DNA of 64,000 nucleotides from an uncultured Chloroflexia bacterium (GTDB taxonomy: Bacteria; Chloroflexota; Limnocylindria; Limnocylindrales; CSP1-4), in the NCBI GenBank assembly GCA_963712745.1, contig CAVQJC010000011.1, forward strand, positions 256,001 through 320,000, read 5' to 3'. Position 1 is the first letter of the stretch, and the number at the start of each line of letters is the position of its first letter. Positions 10,362-21,200 of this stretch are shown here, one piece after another. The position numbers and the translations under genes are program-made. Under the pieces are notes generated by a model. It saw only the letters and a list, made by a program, of their open reading frames with translations. It did no database searches and was not told where the DNA came from.

Positions 10362-11789
10362 GTGCGAATCGGCATCCTGACCGACTTCCCCACGCGCTCG
10401 ACGCTGTCCGGGCCGGCCATTCAGGCCGAGGTCCTGAAAGAGGGATTGGTGGCGCGAGGACACGAGGTCGTCCTGCTCGGTCCCGATACGCGATCGGCTC
10501 GTCCGCTCGAACCTGGTCAGGAGACCTTCCTCTTTCGGGGCATCTCCCATCCCGCGCACCCTGGAGTCAAGGTCTCGCTGCCGGCAAGCCCTCGCAGGAT
10601 GCGCCATCCACCCAGGCTGGACGTCGTGCTCGCCCAGACCACGAATCCCATGGCCTGCTACGCGAACTGGATCCGCCGGATGTGGCGCGTACCCGTGTTG
10701 CACACGCATACCATCCACTTGCCGACACATGCTCACCACCTGCTGCCGGGCGTGCTGGCGCGAATGGCCGTCCCTCGCCGTCTCAGCGGGCGACTTGGCC
10801 GTGTGGGAGAGCGGTCGTTCGTCAGGCTGTACAACGCCGGCGACACACTCGTCGTGCAGAGTCCCCATCTCATCGACTACTGGCGTACCCGAGGGGTCAC
10901 GGTACCCATCGAAGTGCTCGAACGGCCTATCTATGGGCCGGCCTTCGACCGGCCAGCGGGCCGCGATCCCTTCCCCGCCACAGCGAGTCAGGGGGCGCGC
11001 CTTCTGGTGGTCTGCCGACACGACCGGGAGAAGTCCCTGGACCAGTTGATCAGGATCTTCGATGAGCGCGTCGCCGCGCAGGCGCCCCAGGCGACGCTCA
11101 CCTTGTTGGGCACCGGCGCCGCACACGACGAACTGAAGGCTCAGGCAGCAAGGTCGCGGTCCGCCCACCGCATCTTCCTGCCCGGCGAGGTCGAGTTCGA
11201 TGAGCTGGTCGACTGGTATCGGAACGCCGATCTCTTCGGCTACACCTCGGTCTCGGAGACATTCGGGAACGTGGTCAACGAAGCCATGTACTGCGGGCTT
11301 CCGGTGGTGGCCTTCGATGACGGGATGGGGGTCGCCCACCTTGTCAAGGACGGGTGGAGCGGCCGGCTGGTCGACCCCGCATCCAGATCGGCGGAAGCCG
11401 ATTGGGGACAAGCCTGCCTCGCGCTGCTGGCTGATTCGCAGCTTCGCCGGACATACGGCGCGCGCGGCGCGGCTGCGGCCGCGGAGCGCTCGCGACTGGA
11501 GCACGTGCTCGAGCGCCTGGAGGTGTTGATGGAGCGTGCCCGTCAGCATTGCCGCGCTACCGTCGTGCCGCCTCTTTCCGCCCTGCCGCCGGCCCGACAG
11601 GAGCGGTCGCTCCGTTCCTGTCTCCGATGGTGGCGGTTCTGGAACTCCCTGTTCATCGGTGTCAGCTACGCCGCCAACCTGGACCGCCTGCCCGCAGTCT
11701 TGTCCAGGCCCTGGCTCATGGAAGCCGGGAGGAGGGCGACCAAGGGTGATCACGCGCCGCCGGCGCGGCGCCGTTCCGGTCATCGCTGA
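10362..11789 (+). CDS. GT4 glycosyltransferase (diacylglycerol glycosyltransferase-like)
   Basis: MRIGILTD start, HTHTIH, RHDREK, SVSETFGNVVNEAM (ExFG-x4-EA). Confidence 0.85.
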   Translation: MRIGILTDFPTRSTLSGPAIQAEVLKEGLVARGHEVVLLGPDTRSARPLEPGQETFLFRGISHPAHPGVKVSLPASPRRMRHPPRLDVVLAQTTNPMACYANWIRRMWRVPVLHTHTIHLPTHAHHLLPGVLARMAVPRRLSGRLGRVGERSFVRLYNAGDTLVVQSPHLIDYWRTRGVTVPIEVLERPIYGPAFDRPAGRDPFPATASQGARLLVVCRHDREKSLDQLIRIFDERVAAQAPQATLTLLGTGAAHDELKAQAARSRSAHRIFLPGEVEFDELVDWYRNADLFGYTSVSETFGNVVNEAMYCGLPVVAFDDGMGVAHLVKDGWSGRLVDPASRSAEADWGQACLALLADSQLRRTYGARGAAAAAERSRLEHVLERLEVLMERARQHCRATVVPPLSALPPARQERSLRSCLRWWRFWNSLFIGVSYAANLDRLPAVLSRPWLMEAGRRATKGDHAPPARRRSGHR

Positions 11790-11872
11790 CGTCTGCCCTC
11801 TGTCAGCGGTGCCCGGCCGTCCGCGCCGCGAATCACGCTGAGGGACGGCGACCGGGCGGAGAGTCCGGGGAT

Positions 11873-13030
11873 CTACGCCGGCTGCGCCGGTCGCTCGCGC
11901 GGTGCGCCCTGCTTGCCGTCCAGCTGGTACTCGTAGATCCGGTACGTCTGGTAGATCCGCGCGCCCAGCTTCTCCAGGGCGCCGCGCATGCGGACATTGT
12001 CCTCGAGCACCAGCGACGCGTCCGCGCCCCGCCCGCCACGCGCGAGAGCTGCCTCCCACGTCTTGACGTACAGCGGAACGCCGAGCGGCAGCTTCCGGTA
12101 CTGCTGCTTGACGCCGAGCGCGAAGATCCGCAGCGCGTCGATGTTCCGGCGCCCGAATACCCAGTGGTACCACCCGAACGGCAGCAGCTTGCCGTCCATC
12201 TTCTTCAGGACCTGGTTGAAGTCGGGGAACGTGATGGCCGCGGCGGCGGGCTCACCGTCGACGAACGCCCACCACGATAGCCGCGGGTCGACCATCTGCT
12301 TCATGCCCCGCGCCAGCATCATGAACTCGTCACGCGGCACGCGCGCATGGCCCCAGTTGTGCTCCCACGCGTCGTTGTAGACGTCCCGGAACCACAGGAT
12401 CTCCTCGTCCCAGTCGGCCATGTCCAGGTGTCGGATCTCGACCTCCGGGTGCCGGTCGAGGAAGCGCTGGGAGGCGCGCGCGAGCCGCTCTGGGATGGGG
12501 GCGCGGTCGAGCCAGTACGCGTACCAGTCACGCACGCCGACCATGCCGAGCGTCTCGTAGTGGCCGGCGTAGTAGTCGCGGTTGTGGGGGTTGAGCAGCG
12601 CAGGGTCGGTGTCCCAGCCATCGACCCTGAGCCCGAACTCGTGATTCGGGGAGAAGTTGTATGGCCCCCGCGCAGCTGCGACACCCTGCCCGCGCAGCCA
12701 CTCGGCTGCGGTCTCGAATAGCGCCCGGCTGACTTCGATCTCGTCAGGGAACTCGAAGAACCCGAAGAAGCCGACGTCCTCGTCGACTCCCTGCCCGGGG
12801 TCCATGACCGTCGCCGCGATGGTGCCGACTGGGGCACCGTCGCGGGAGGCGATGAAGCACTCCACGCGGGCGCGCCGAAAGAACGGGTTCTTGTCGGGGT
12901 GCAGGAACTCCTTTCGCTCGGCCAGCAGTGGAGGCACCCAGTGGGTGTCGTCTGCGTAGATGGGCCACCATGTCTTGCAGAACCGGACTGCATCTCGCGG
13001 TAGTTCGATGGCTCGGACCTCGACGGACAT
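11873..13030 (-). CDS. YghO-like GNAT-fold N-acyltransferase (bacterial ceramide synthase family-like)
   Basis: WVPPL, KNPFF, GFFGFFE, RGPYNFS, YNDAWEHNWG, PDFNQ...GKLLPFGW, LEDN, YRIYE; AGGAGA RBS before ATG 13030. Confidence 0.7.
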   Translation of the reverse strand: MSVEVRAIELPRDAVRFCKTWWPIYADDTHWVPPLLAERKEFLHPDKNPFFRRARVECFIASRDGAPVGTIAATVMDPGQGVDEDVGFFGFFEFPDEIEVSRALFETAAEWLRGQGVAAARGPYNFSPNHEFGLRVDGWDTDPALLNPHNRDYYAGHYETLGMVGVRDWYAYWLDRAPIPERLARASQRFLDRHPEVEIRHLDMADWDEEILWFRDVYNDAWEHNWGHARVPRDEFMMLARGMKQMVDPRLSWWAFVDGEPAAAAITFPDFNQVLKKMDGKLLPFGWYHWVFGRRNIDALRIFALGVKQQYRKLPLGVPLYVKTWEAALARGGRGADASLVLEDNVRMRGALEKLGARIYQTYRIYEYQLDGKQGAPRERPAQPA

Positions 13031-13197
13031 CGGGGTGTCTCCTACGGCCGTGACTCGGCCGTCCGCAGGTGGACGGCGATCTGCCACATCCCGACCTCCG
13101 GGCGTGATCGAGGTGTCCGGCGCGCCCCCCGGATCATCTCGTCAACGTCCCGCGAGCGGTGCATGGGTACGACATCAGTCCGACACCCTATCAGTCG

Positions 13198-13236
13198 CGG
13201 TCAAGACGACCGGCCAGTCCTCGGTCAAGACGACCG
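13198..13236. promoter_or_regulatory. Two identical 15-bp palindromic boxes CGGTC-AAGAC-GACCG, 24-bp period
   Basis: Read at 13198-13212 and 13222-13236, in the divergent intergenic region. Confidence 0.55.
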
Positions 13237-13302
13237 CCCCTGCCGCTGCTTCGACCGTCTCGCACGTGCTAGGCTCGTCGCCCCCCGACCGAAGGAGATG
13301 AG

Positions 13303-13677
13303 ATGAGGATCGCAGTCACGCTTCCCGCAGCCGACCTGGACCGCGCCAAGGCCTGGTACTCCAAGATCCTGGGCCTGGAGCCGGTCGAGATCGAGCCGAT
13401 GGGCGAGCTCTGGTACGAGCTCGGCGGATACCGCTTCATGGTCTACTCCTCGCAGTTCGCCGGCACCAACCAGGCGACCGCAGCCGGGCTCCTGGTCGAC
13501 GACGCGGAGGCCACCATCGCAGAGCTGAGGGCTCGAGGCGCCACGTTCGAGGACTATGACTTCGGCGAAGACTTCCGCACCGTCGACGGCGTCATGACCT
13601 TGCCTGATGGCCGCAAGTCGGCCTGGATGAAGGATTCGGAGGGGAACATCCTCGGTATCTCGCAGGCGGGCGAGTAG
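13303..13677 (+). CDS. VOC/glyoxalase family protein
   Basis: DLDRAKAWYSKILGL and AWMKDSEGNIL motifs; AAGGAG RBS. Confidence 0.9.
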   Translation: MRIAVTLPAADLDRAKAWYSKILGLEPVEIEPMGELWYELGGYRFMVYSSQFAGTNQATAAGLLVDDAEATIAELRARGATFEDYDFGEDFRTVDGVMTLPDGRKSAWMKDSEGNILGISQAGE

Positions 13678-13719
13678 GCACGGGCAGCCGGCACGGTCCC
13701 TGGCCGGCTTGGCTGCCAC

Positions 13720-15268
13720 TCACGCTCCGCTCGGGGAGGACGTCTCGTCGAGCACCCGAGCCATGACCTGCGCGAAGCGGGCCGGCTCCTCGAACGACGG
13801 CCGGTGCCCGGAGTGCTCGAAGACGATGCGCTCCTTGGCCGGTGCCTCCAGCTGCTCGAACCACCCGTCGGCGAGGACCGCCCGGCCTCGTGCCTCGTGG
13901 GCGCCCTGGACCATGTAGATCGGCACCTCGAGCTCGGTGATGTCGCGCCGGAAGTCGATGTCCTGCAGCTGCGGGTAGAGGACCGCGAACGTGTCGAGGA
14001 AGGCGCGTAGTCCGTTGACCTGGTCCATGAACGTGTTCTCCGGCACGAAGAGCGTGAACGGCAGCTCCGTGTCCCCGTCCCACTCCGGATAGGGGTTCCA
14101 GTCGTGCTCGTGCGATAGCGCGCGCTCGTAGTCGAGGATGTCCTCGTATGGGGGAGGCCCGCTCTCGCGCAGCGCTTCGGCCAGCCCCTCGTCGCCGACC
14201 GACTCGGCCCAGGCCACCGTGTCCTCCCAGAACATCACGTCCGTCTCGCGCTGGCTGACCATCTGGCCGCTGCCGATGACCGCGTGGTAGAGGTCTGGTC
14301 GTTCATCCGCGGCGAGCACCGCCAGCGTGCTGCCCCAGGAGTTGCCATGGACGTAGATGGCCGCTTCGTCGAAGCGCTCCCGCAGATACTCGGAGAGCTC
14401 GATGGTGTCGGCCACCATCTGCTCGAGGGTCAGCGACTCGGTGGGATCGAGCGCCGCGTACGACTTGCCCGTACCCCGCTGCTCCCAGGTGACGACCACG
14501 AAGTCGTCCTCCAGGGACGTGTCGGCGCGCATGGCCCCGAGATCGGTCCCGCCGGGGCCGCCGGCGAGGTGCAGCAGCACCGGTGCCTCGGTGCTGCGAC
14601 CGCGGATCATGAGAGCCTGCTCGTGCCCACCTATCGTTACGCTCGTCAGCTCCGCGATCGAGCCCGCGCACGGGCGTGCCATCGGGGCCCAGGACGGGCG
14701 CCGTCGTGGCCGGCCGGGACACCAGAAGAGCGAGTCCGGCGAGCCCAAGGGTGGCCACGATCGTCAGGGCCCAGCCGAGGAGGCCCAGGCGGTGCGACGC
14801 GGGGCGCCCCAGTCGCGCCGCCAGCTCGACGCCGTAGACAGCACCCAGAACCATCGGTGCCAGTCCCAGCAGGTAGGTCACGCCGCGCCCGAGGACGGCC
14901 GCGATGATGCCGTAGGTCGAGCCCAGGTTGACCGTATCGACGGTCGGACCGGTCGTGGCCATCCGCCCCAGCTCGAACGCGGCGACGAAGGTGACCGGCG
15001 CCAGCAGCAGGGACCAGCGCGACCCCAGTACGAGACCCGCCAGGGCACCCACGATGAGCGCGCCGGCCATCCACCAGAGCGCGTCGGCCGTGGTGGCCGG
15101 ACCCCTTGGCGTCAACCAGGCCGCGACGATCCCGCCCGTGGCGGCCACCGCCGTGGCGACGGCCAGCGCCAGCCATCTGCCGGACCAGATTCTCCCGAGC
15201 AGCCTCAGGTCTCGGTTGCCGGCCCGGCCGATCCCCATCACGCCCTGGCTTGCCTGTACCCCCATCAC
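13720..15268 (-). CDS. Membrane-anchored alpha/beta hydrolase (proline iminopeptidase-like); apparent frameshift at ~14667
   Basis: N-terminal TM region (ORF 14303-15268) joins catalytic domain HLAGGPG, GNSWGS, HSGH (ORF 13720-14748) if one base is removed at GTPV-x-GSIAEL. Confidence 0.8.
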
Positions 15269-15280
15269 AACGCTTCATCC

Positions 15281-15308
15281 TCGTGGTTCGTGGTTCGTGG
15301 TTCGTGGG
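15281..15308. repeat. Heptamer microsatellite (TCGTGGT)x~4
   Basis: TCGTGGT TCGTGGT TCGTGGT TCGTGGG between the hydrolase start and the TetR operator. Confidence 0.9.
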
Positions 15309-15342
15309 GCGCTGCGGAGCCCGCTGCCCCTGTAGTAATGTA

Positions 15343-15356
15343 AGCAAGTACTTGCT
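15343..15356. promoter_or_regulatory. Putative TetR operator
   Basis: Perfect 14-bp palindrome AGCAAGTACTTGCT in an AT-rich divergent promoter directly upstream of TetR. Confidence 0.75.
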
Positions 15357-15373
15357 GTCTTGGAGGCTATCAC

Positions 15374-15979
15374 ATGGGGCGAGCCGACACCGAGACCAGG
15401 ATCCTCGCGGCTGCGTCCGAGCTGATCGCGGAACGGGGCTACTCCGCCACCACCACCAGCTCGATCGCCGAACGCGCGGGGGTCAACGAGGTGACGCTCT
15501 TCCGGCGCTTCGGCAACAAGGCGGGCATCCTGCGGGCTATGGCCGTCGCGGCGGCCGCTGCCCGCAGTGAGTTCCCACCCCTCGACGCGCTCGTTCCGGG
15601 CGATCTGAGGGCGACGCTAGTGAACCTGGCCGAGACTGAGATCAGGGACGCCATCGCCAGCGGTGGCCTGGTGCTCCGCCTGACGCTGGAGGCGCGCTCC
15701 GTCCCGGAGGTGCGTGAGGTCATGGGCCAGATCTCGGCCTCGAGTCTCGAGCGGCTGGCGCGCTTCCTGCGCGGGTACCAGGAGGACGGCTCGCTTCGAT
15801 CGGACTTCGACGCGGAGCTGCTCGCAGAGGCGTTCTTCAGCCTGACCTCGACGCTGGTGATGCAACGGATGACGCTCATCGAGCCGCGACTGCCGGCGGC
15901 CAGAGAGATCAGCACGATGGCAGGTCAGCTCGTGGACTTGATGTGGTCGGGCGTAGGCCCGGGAAGGGGGAATCGATGA
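15374..15979 (+). CDS. TetR/AcrR family regulator
   Basis: ILAAA...GYSATT..IAERAGVNEVTLFRRFGNK HTH. Confidence 0.95.
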   Translation: MGRADTETRILAAASELIAERGYSATTTSSIAERAGVNEVTLFRRFGNKAGILRAMAVAAAAARSEFPPLDALVPGDLRATLVNLAETEIRDAIASGGLVLRLTLEARSVPEVREVMGQISASSLERLARFLRGYQEDGSLRSDFDAELLAEAFFSLTSTLVMQRMTLIEPRLPAAREISTMAGQLVDLMWSGVGPGRGNR

Positions 15980-16899
15980 ATCGCACCAGGGCCAGACTGG
16001 TCGCCGTGTTCGGCGCCATCGCTGCCGTGCTCGCGGGGGCGGCCAGCGCTGCGGGCGTGTTCCTGCGCGGCGATCTGGCCACCGCCGAGTTCGTGACCGT
16101 TCGCGGTGAGGTCGTGCGGGTCGTGACCGAGGGCATCTACCGCTTCAATGCCGAGGGCATCGTGGCCGAGGGCGTGGGCTGGGACATCGTGACCCTGTTC
16201 GCGGTCGTGCCCGCCGCCATCGTGGCGCTGGCGATGACGGGGCGTGGTTCCCTCCGGGCCAGCCTCGTCGCTGCCGGGTTGCTGGCCTACTTCTGCTACC
16301 AGTCGGCTGAATACGCCGTCTTCTGGGCCTACGGACCACTGTATCCGATCTACGTGACCACGCTCGCGCTGAGCGTGTCGGCGCTGGGCCTGCTCGTCCA
16401 CGGCCTGGACCTCGAGGCATTACGCGAGCACATCCGACCCTCATTCCCGCACCGCGCCATCGCCGGCTACGGCATCGCTGTGGTCGTGATCCTGGCGGGG
16501 CTCTGGCTGCCCGTCATCGCGGGCACGCTCGGCGGGGAGGTCGGTGACGAGCTACAGGGCGCCTCCACGCTGGTGGTGCCGGCGTTCGACCTGGGGCTAC
16601 TCGTGCCGCTGGCCGTCTTCACCGGGCTCGCCGTCCACCGGCGTCTCGCCGTCGGATACCTGCTCGGGATGGTCCTCCTCGTCAAGGGTGCCTCGATGGC
16701 GCTGGCCATCGCGGCCATGCTGGTCGTGGAGTGGCGCGTCACCGGTGAGATGTTGCCGCCGCCACTGGTCGTGTTCGCGGCGGTCGCGGTCGCGAGCGTG
16801 GCCATCGCCGCGCGGGCGCTGCGGTCGATCGCTGAGCTGGGGCCGGTGGCCACGCCCACGGGCGACCTGCCGGCGGCGACTGCCGCTGCGCATGGGTAG
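15976..16899 (+). CDS. Multi-pass membrane hypothetical protein
   Basis: ATGA overlap with TetR; about 8 TM segments; strong codon bias. Confidence 0.8.
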   Translation: MNRTRARLVAVFGAIAAVLAGAASAAGVFLRGDLATAEFVTVRGEVVRVVTEGIYRFNAEGIVAEGVGWDIVTLFAVVPAAIVALAMTGRGSLRASLVAAGLLAYFCYQSAEYAVFWAYGPLYPIYVTTLALSVSALGLLVHGLDLEALREHIRPSFPHRAIAGYGIAVVVILAGLWLPVIAGTLGGEVGDELQGASTLVVPAFDLGLLVPLAVFTGLAVHRRLAVGYLLGMVLLVKGASMALAIAAMLVVEWRVTGEMLPPPLVVFAAVAVASVAIAARALRSIAELGPVATPTGDLPAATAAAHG

Positions 16900-17115
16900 C
16901 GGGCTGGCAGTCCCTGGGTGGCGGGAAGCGGCGGCGGCCCTCGGAGATCATGGATGGTGACCGCAGCGTCCCCCATACTCGAGTCGAACATCGTCCGACT
17001 CATTGAGGCCGTGCGCATCACTTCGACATCGGCCGCGCCTTGGCCACGTTCCGCACGAGCCCGCCGCCGCACCAACGACCACCGGATCGACTCACGCGCA
17101 GGCGCGTGACCCTCG

Positions 17116-18111
17116 ATGGATCGCCGGCCGTGGACGACAGCGGATCTCACGCCCAAACCGGGAGCGCCGGAACTCGTGGTGATCCAGGTCCGTGTGCCTG
17201 CCGAGCACCATTCCGGATTCGAGGACTGGCTGCGCCAATTCAACAGCGCCGTCGAGCTCTCGGCGGGCCACCTGGACTACGACCTCACCCCGCCTACGCC
17301 CGGCTTCGACGAGGACTGGGTCCTGGTCCACCGTTTCACCGACCGCACGTCGGCCGCAGCCTGGGTCGCATCTGGCGAACACGCGGAGCTGATCGCCACT
17401 CTCCGACCCCTGGCCCTTGGTGATATCGACGTCCATCTCTACACCTCCGACCCGCGCCGCCGGGGGCGGGTATCGGCGCTCTTCACGACCCGGGTCGACC
17501 AGGGACGCGAGCAGGAGTTCCTCCGATGGAGCACGCGGGTCGCGACAGCCCAGGCTGCCTTCGAGGGTTTCATCAGCTACCAGGTCGAGCCCCCGATCGA
17601 GGGCGTCCAGCCCGACTGGGTGGCAGTCCTCAGCTACGACACCGACGCCCACATGCGTGCGTGGCTCTCGTCCTCCGAGCGGGCGGCGTTGCTGGAGGAC
17701 GGGGCCTCGTTCGACTCCCGGGCGCGGGTCCACATCGTGCGCAACGACCTCGACGCCTGGTTCAACGCTCCCGGTGGGGCAAGGAAGGTGGCCCCGGCCT
17801 GGAAGCGCAACATGCTCGTGCTGCTCGTGCTCTACCCGGTGGTCTTCCTGACCGCTACTTGGATCCAGGATCCGTTGCTCACCGACAATGGTCTGCCCTT
17901 CTGGCTTGCGCTCTTCATCGCCAACATCATCTCCGTCCTGACCCTGGGCTGGATCCTGGTGCCCGCGGCCGACAAGCTCTTTGGCTGGTGGCTCTACCCC
18001 GAGGGTCGCAGCCGTCGACGGACGACGGTCATCGGCACCGGCGTGGTGGTGGCGTTGTATGGAGTCTCGCTGGTCCTGACCTCGTGGATCTCGACCTGGC
18101 CCTGGCCGTAG
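17116..18111 (+). CDS. Tandem antibiotic-biosynthesis-monooxygenase-like domains + C-terminal TMs
   Basis: Two ABM-like repeats (FEDWL...GHL...WVLVHRF; FLRW...FEGF...WVAVLSY...AWLSSSER); PAWK...LLVLYP TM tail. Confidence 0.75.
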   Translation: MDRRPWTTADLTPKPGAPELVVIQVRVPAEHHSGFEDWLRQFNSAVELSAGHLDYDLTPPTPGFDEDWVLVHRFTDRTSAAAWVASGEHAELIATLRPLALGDIDVHLYTSDPRRRGRVSALFTTRVDQGREQEFLRWSTRVATAQAAFEGFISYQVEPPIEGVQPDWVAVLSYDTDAHMRAWLSSSERAALLEDGASFDSRARVHIVRNDLDAWFNAPGGARKVAPAWKRNMLVLLVLYPVVFLTATWIQDPLLTDNGLPFWLALFIANIISVLTLGWILVPAADKLFGWWLYPEGRSRRRTTVIGTGVVVALYGVSLVLTSWISTWPWP

Positions 18112-18218
18112 GTATCTTTCAGGTGTGAAACGGCTTCCGATCGGCCGGTGGGAACGTGCCGCCGCTGGTGCCGGAGCCACGGGGCTGGGGTTCGGGTGAC
18201 TGGGACCTGTGGCCTGAG

Positions 18219-21200
18219 TCAGGCGTCGGAGGAGTCAGCTTCGTCGGCATCGAGCGGCTCCAGCCACCGCGTCTCGGGCAGTGGGCCCAGCAGTGGGTGC
18301 AGGCCGATCTCATCGATCAGCGCCATCGCGCGATCGCGCGCATCTGACACACGTCTGGAGCGGGCGGCGAGGAGTGCGGCATCGGCCCAGGCGTCGGCGG
18401 CCTTGAGCTTGAGCCCCAGGTCCTCCAGCTCCGCGGCCGCTGTCTCCACGGCCTGACCGGCGGTGTCATCGGCCAGTCCATCGAGCCAGCGCCACTCCGC
18501 GTGTCGCCGTCGCGGACCATCGGCTGGCCGTGCGTCCTGGTGCAGATCGACCGCTCGCTCCAGCGCCTCCCGATCGTCGAGGCGGAGGGCCATCCTGGCG
18601 AGCTCGTGCGCGACGAAGACGCGTTGGAGAGCCCATACGTCCGTATCGTTCGCAGCCCGGGCAAGGGTCTCGAGCGCACCGCGTGGATCATCAGGCCAGC
18701 GAGCCCATGCTCTCGCGAGCAACCATTCGGCGGCGATCTGCGGCTCCACCTCGGCGCTCGATGCCTCGGACTCGCCCAGGGCACGGTCGGCTGCGGCGAT
18801 ATCACCGCGCAACCGGTGGACGTTGGCCTGGTGGAGGTACATGTGCGCGAGCAGCGGTGCCGCTGTCGAGGCTGCGATCGCTTCGTCCAAGTAGTTCGAT
18901 GCCGCATCGAGACGCCCGAGCTCGACCACGTACTCAGCCTGATTGCCAGCCAACCAGGCGACCGTGTTGTCCGCAGCAGCGCGACGAGCTCTGTTCAGGC
19001 CCTCCTCGGTGAGCGCGACCAGCGGCCGAAGGTCGTCCCCGCGGTTGCTCCGGGTGGCGGGCAGGTTGATATAACAGCGAAGCAGCAGGTTCCGGTCGTC
19101 AGCAGCCTGGGCGAGTCGGAATGACTCCTCGAGCAGCTCGATCGCCTCATCCAGACGCCCAAGGAATGCATAGCTGACCCCCAGATCGTGCTTGGCCCAA
19201 CGCAGTGTCTCTGCACCGGCGCTTGCCTCTGCCTCATGGACCGCACGTTCGAGCCAGGGGGTGGCCTGCTCGACCGGCCCGGCACGCCAATATGTCCAGC
19301 CGAGGAACGCGAGCAACTTCGCGCGGCCGGGCGACGGGGGCCCTGGCTCCAGGGCTGTGATGCCCTCTCGGAGCAGGGCTCGCGCGCCATCCACGTCGCC
19401 GGTTTCGTAGCGGGCCACGCCCTGGACACTGCGCAGGCTCGCCAGGAGCTGCTCATCCGCTGGCGTTGGGTCAGGGAGTGCCAGCAAGCCTGCGGTAGCG
19501 TTTGCCATCACCGCTTCCCGGTCTGCGGGATCGCCGGCGGTCCATTCCGCTCTGGCGTACTCATCAGCAAGCGCGGCGATCTCCCGGGGCCCGACCCTCA
19601 GCTTGGCCGCCTGCGCGATTGCCAGTCGATACCAGCGGCCGGCGGGAGCGAGTTGGCTCATCGCCGAGGCACGGCGCGCAGCTCGCAGCGCGGCCGCCCG
19701 GGTCAGCTCCCGCAGGTTCCCGACATCGACGTCTCGGTCTACCGGCAGCTCCTCCTCGTAGGCGAGCGCGGCAGCGAGATGGCCGCCGATCAGCTCGGCG
19801 AACTCATCGATGCGGTCGGCCAGTTCTTCCTCCGCCCAGCGCGCGATCTTCACGTGAATGCGGGATCGCTCACGCTTGGGCAGTGATTCGTAGGCGACAT
19901 CGCGGATGAGAACATGGCGGAAGCCGTACTCGGCGGCACCGGCCAGCGACGACGGCTCGCGGTGCACCACCAGGTCCTTGACCCGCAGACCCCGGATGCG
20001 CTCGCTGGTGAGCGCCAGGCCCTCGCTCGAGATGTGGGCCACGAGCTGGTCCCAGAAGATGCGTCCGATGACGGCGGCATCCTGGGCCACTTGCTTCTCC
20101 TGACTCGGCAAGGTATCGAGGCGGGCTGTCAGCACGGCCTGTACCGAGCCCGGATCTCGATCTCGTCGACCGGTACAGCCAGCTGCCAGCGACCATCGAC
20201 GAACCGCAGCGCGCCGCGGTCGACGAGCATGCGCACCATCTCTTCGGCGAAGAGGGGGTTGCCCTCGGCCCGCGGGATGATGTGGTCACGTAGGACTGCA
20301 GGGACGCCCCCCTCGAGGAGACCCCCCAGGAGCGCGGTACTGGCCTCGGCATCGAGCGGTTCGAGCACGATCGCAGCGGCGTTGGGCAGGCCGCCGCCCC
20401 AGCCGGGCCTGATGCCAAGGAGCTCATGCCGAGCGAGGCAGAGGATGACCATCGGTCCCTCGCCCCAGCGGGCCAGGAAGTCCAGGAACGAGAGCACCCC
20501 GTCGTCAGCCCAGTGGATGTCCTCCACCACGAGCACCAATGGCTCCAACCGGGCGATGGCACCGAGGTATCGCCTCCAGGCCTCGAAGAGCTCCTCCCGT
20601 GGTCGCTCCCGTGGTTCCGCGATCCCGAGTACGGCTTCCAGAGCGTCCTCGACGCCGGCGTCGTCGGCGTCCAGGTCCAGCTCGGAGAGACGTGCACGCA
20701 GCTTGTCGCGGGCTGCCTCGGGGGAATCGTCGTCGTGGATGCGAGCATCCGACCGGACGACGTCAGCAAAAGGTCCGAAGCTGGGTCCCGCGTAGGCGAG
20801 GCAACGGCCCTTGCGCCAGTGGTACACATCGGGCAGCCCATCGAGATACTTCTCGAGCTCCCAGGTCAGGCGACTCTTGCCCACGCCAGCGCTGCCGATG
20901 ACGGTCACCAGATGGGGGCGGCCGTCTGCGACGGTGCGCCGGACCGTCTCCTTGAGCAGTGTCAGCTCGTTGTCGCGTCCCACCAGCGGCGACTCCAGTC
21001 CGAGCGGAGCCCGACGTCCTCCGCGCCCGCTCTTGACGGCGACAGCCCGCCAGGCCGCGACCGGCGCGCCCTTGCCCTTGAGCTCGAGCGCCGGCAGCTC
21101 GGCGTGCTCGATGACATCGCGAGTAGCGCTGTACGTGGAAGGGCCGATGGCGACCGTGCCGGGCGCCGCGGCCGCCTGGAGTCGGGCAGCGGTGTTGACC

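Noticed and set aside
9837-12173. Long antisense or alternative-frame ORFs (e.g. 9837-12173, 51271-53412, 58803-60410, 62076-63584)
   Set aside because: Shadow ORFs typical of high-GC DNA that overlap well-supported genes and carry no family motifs
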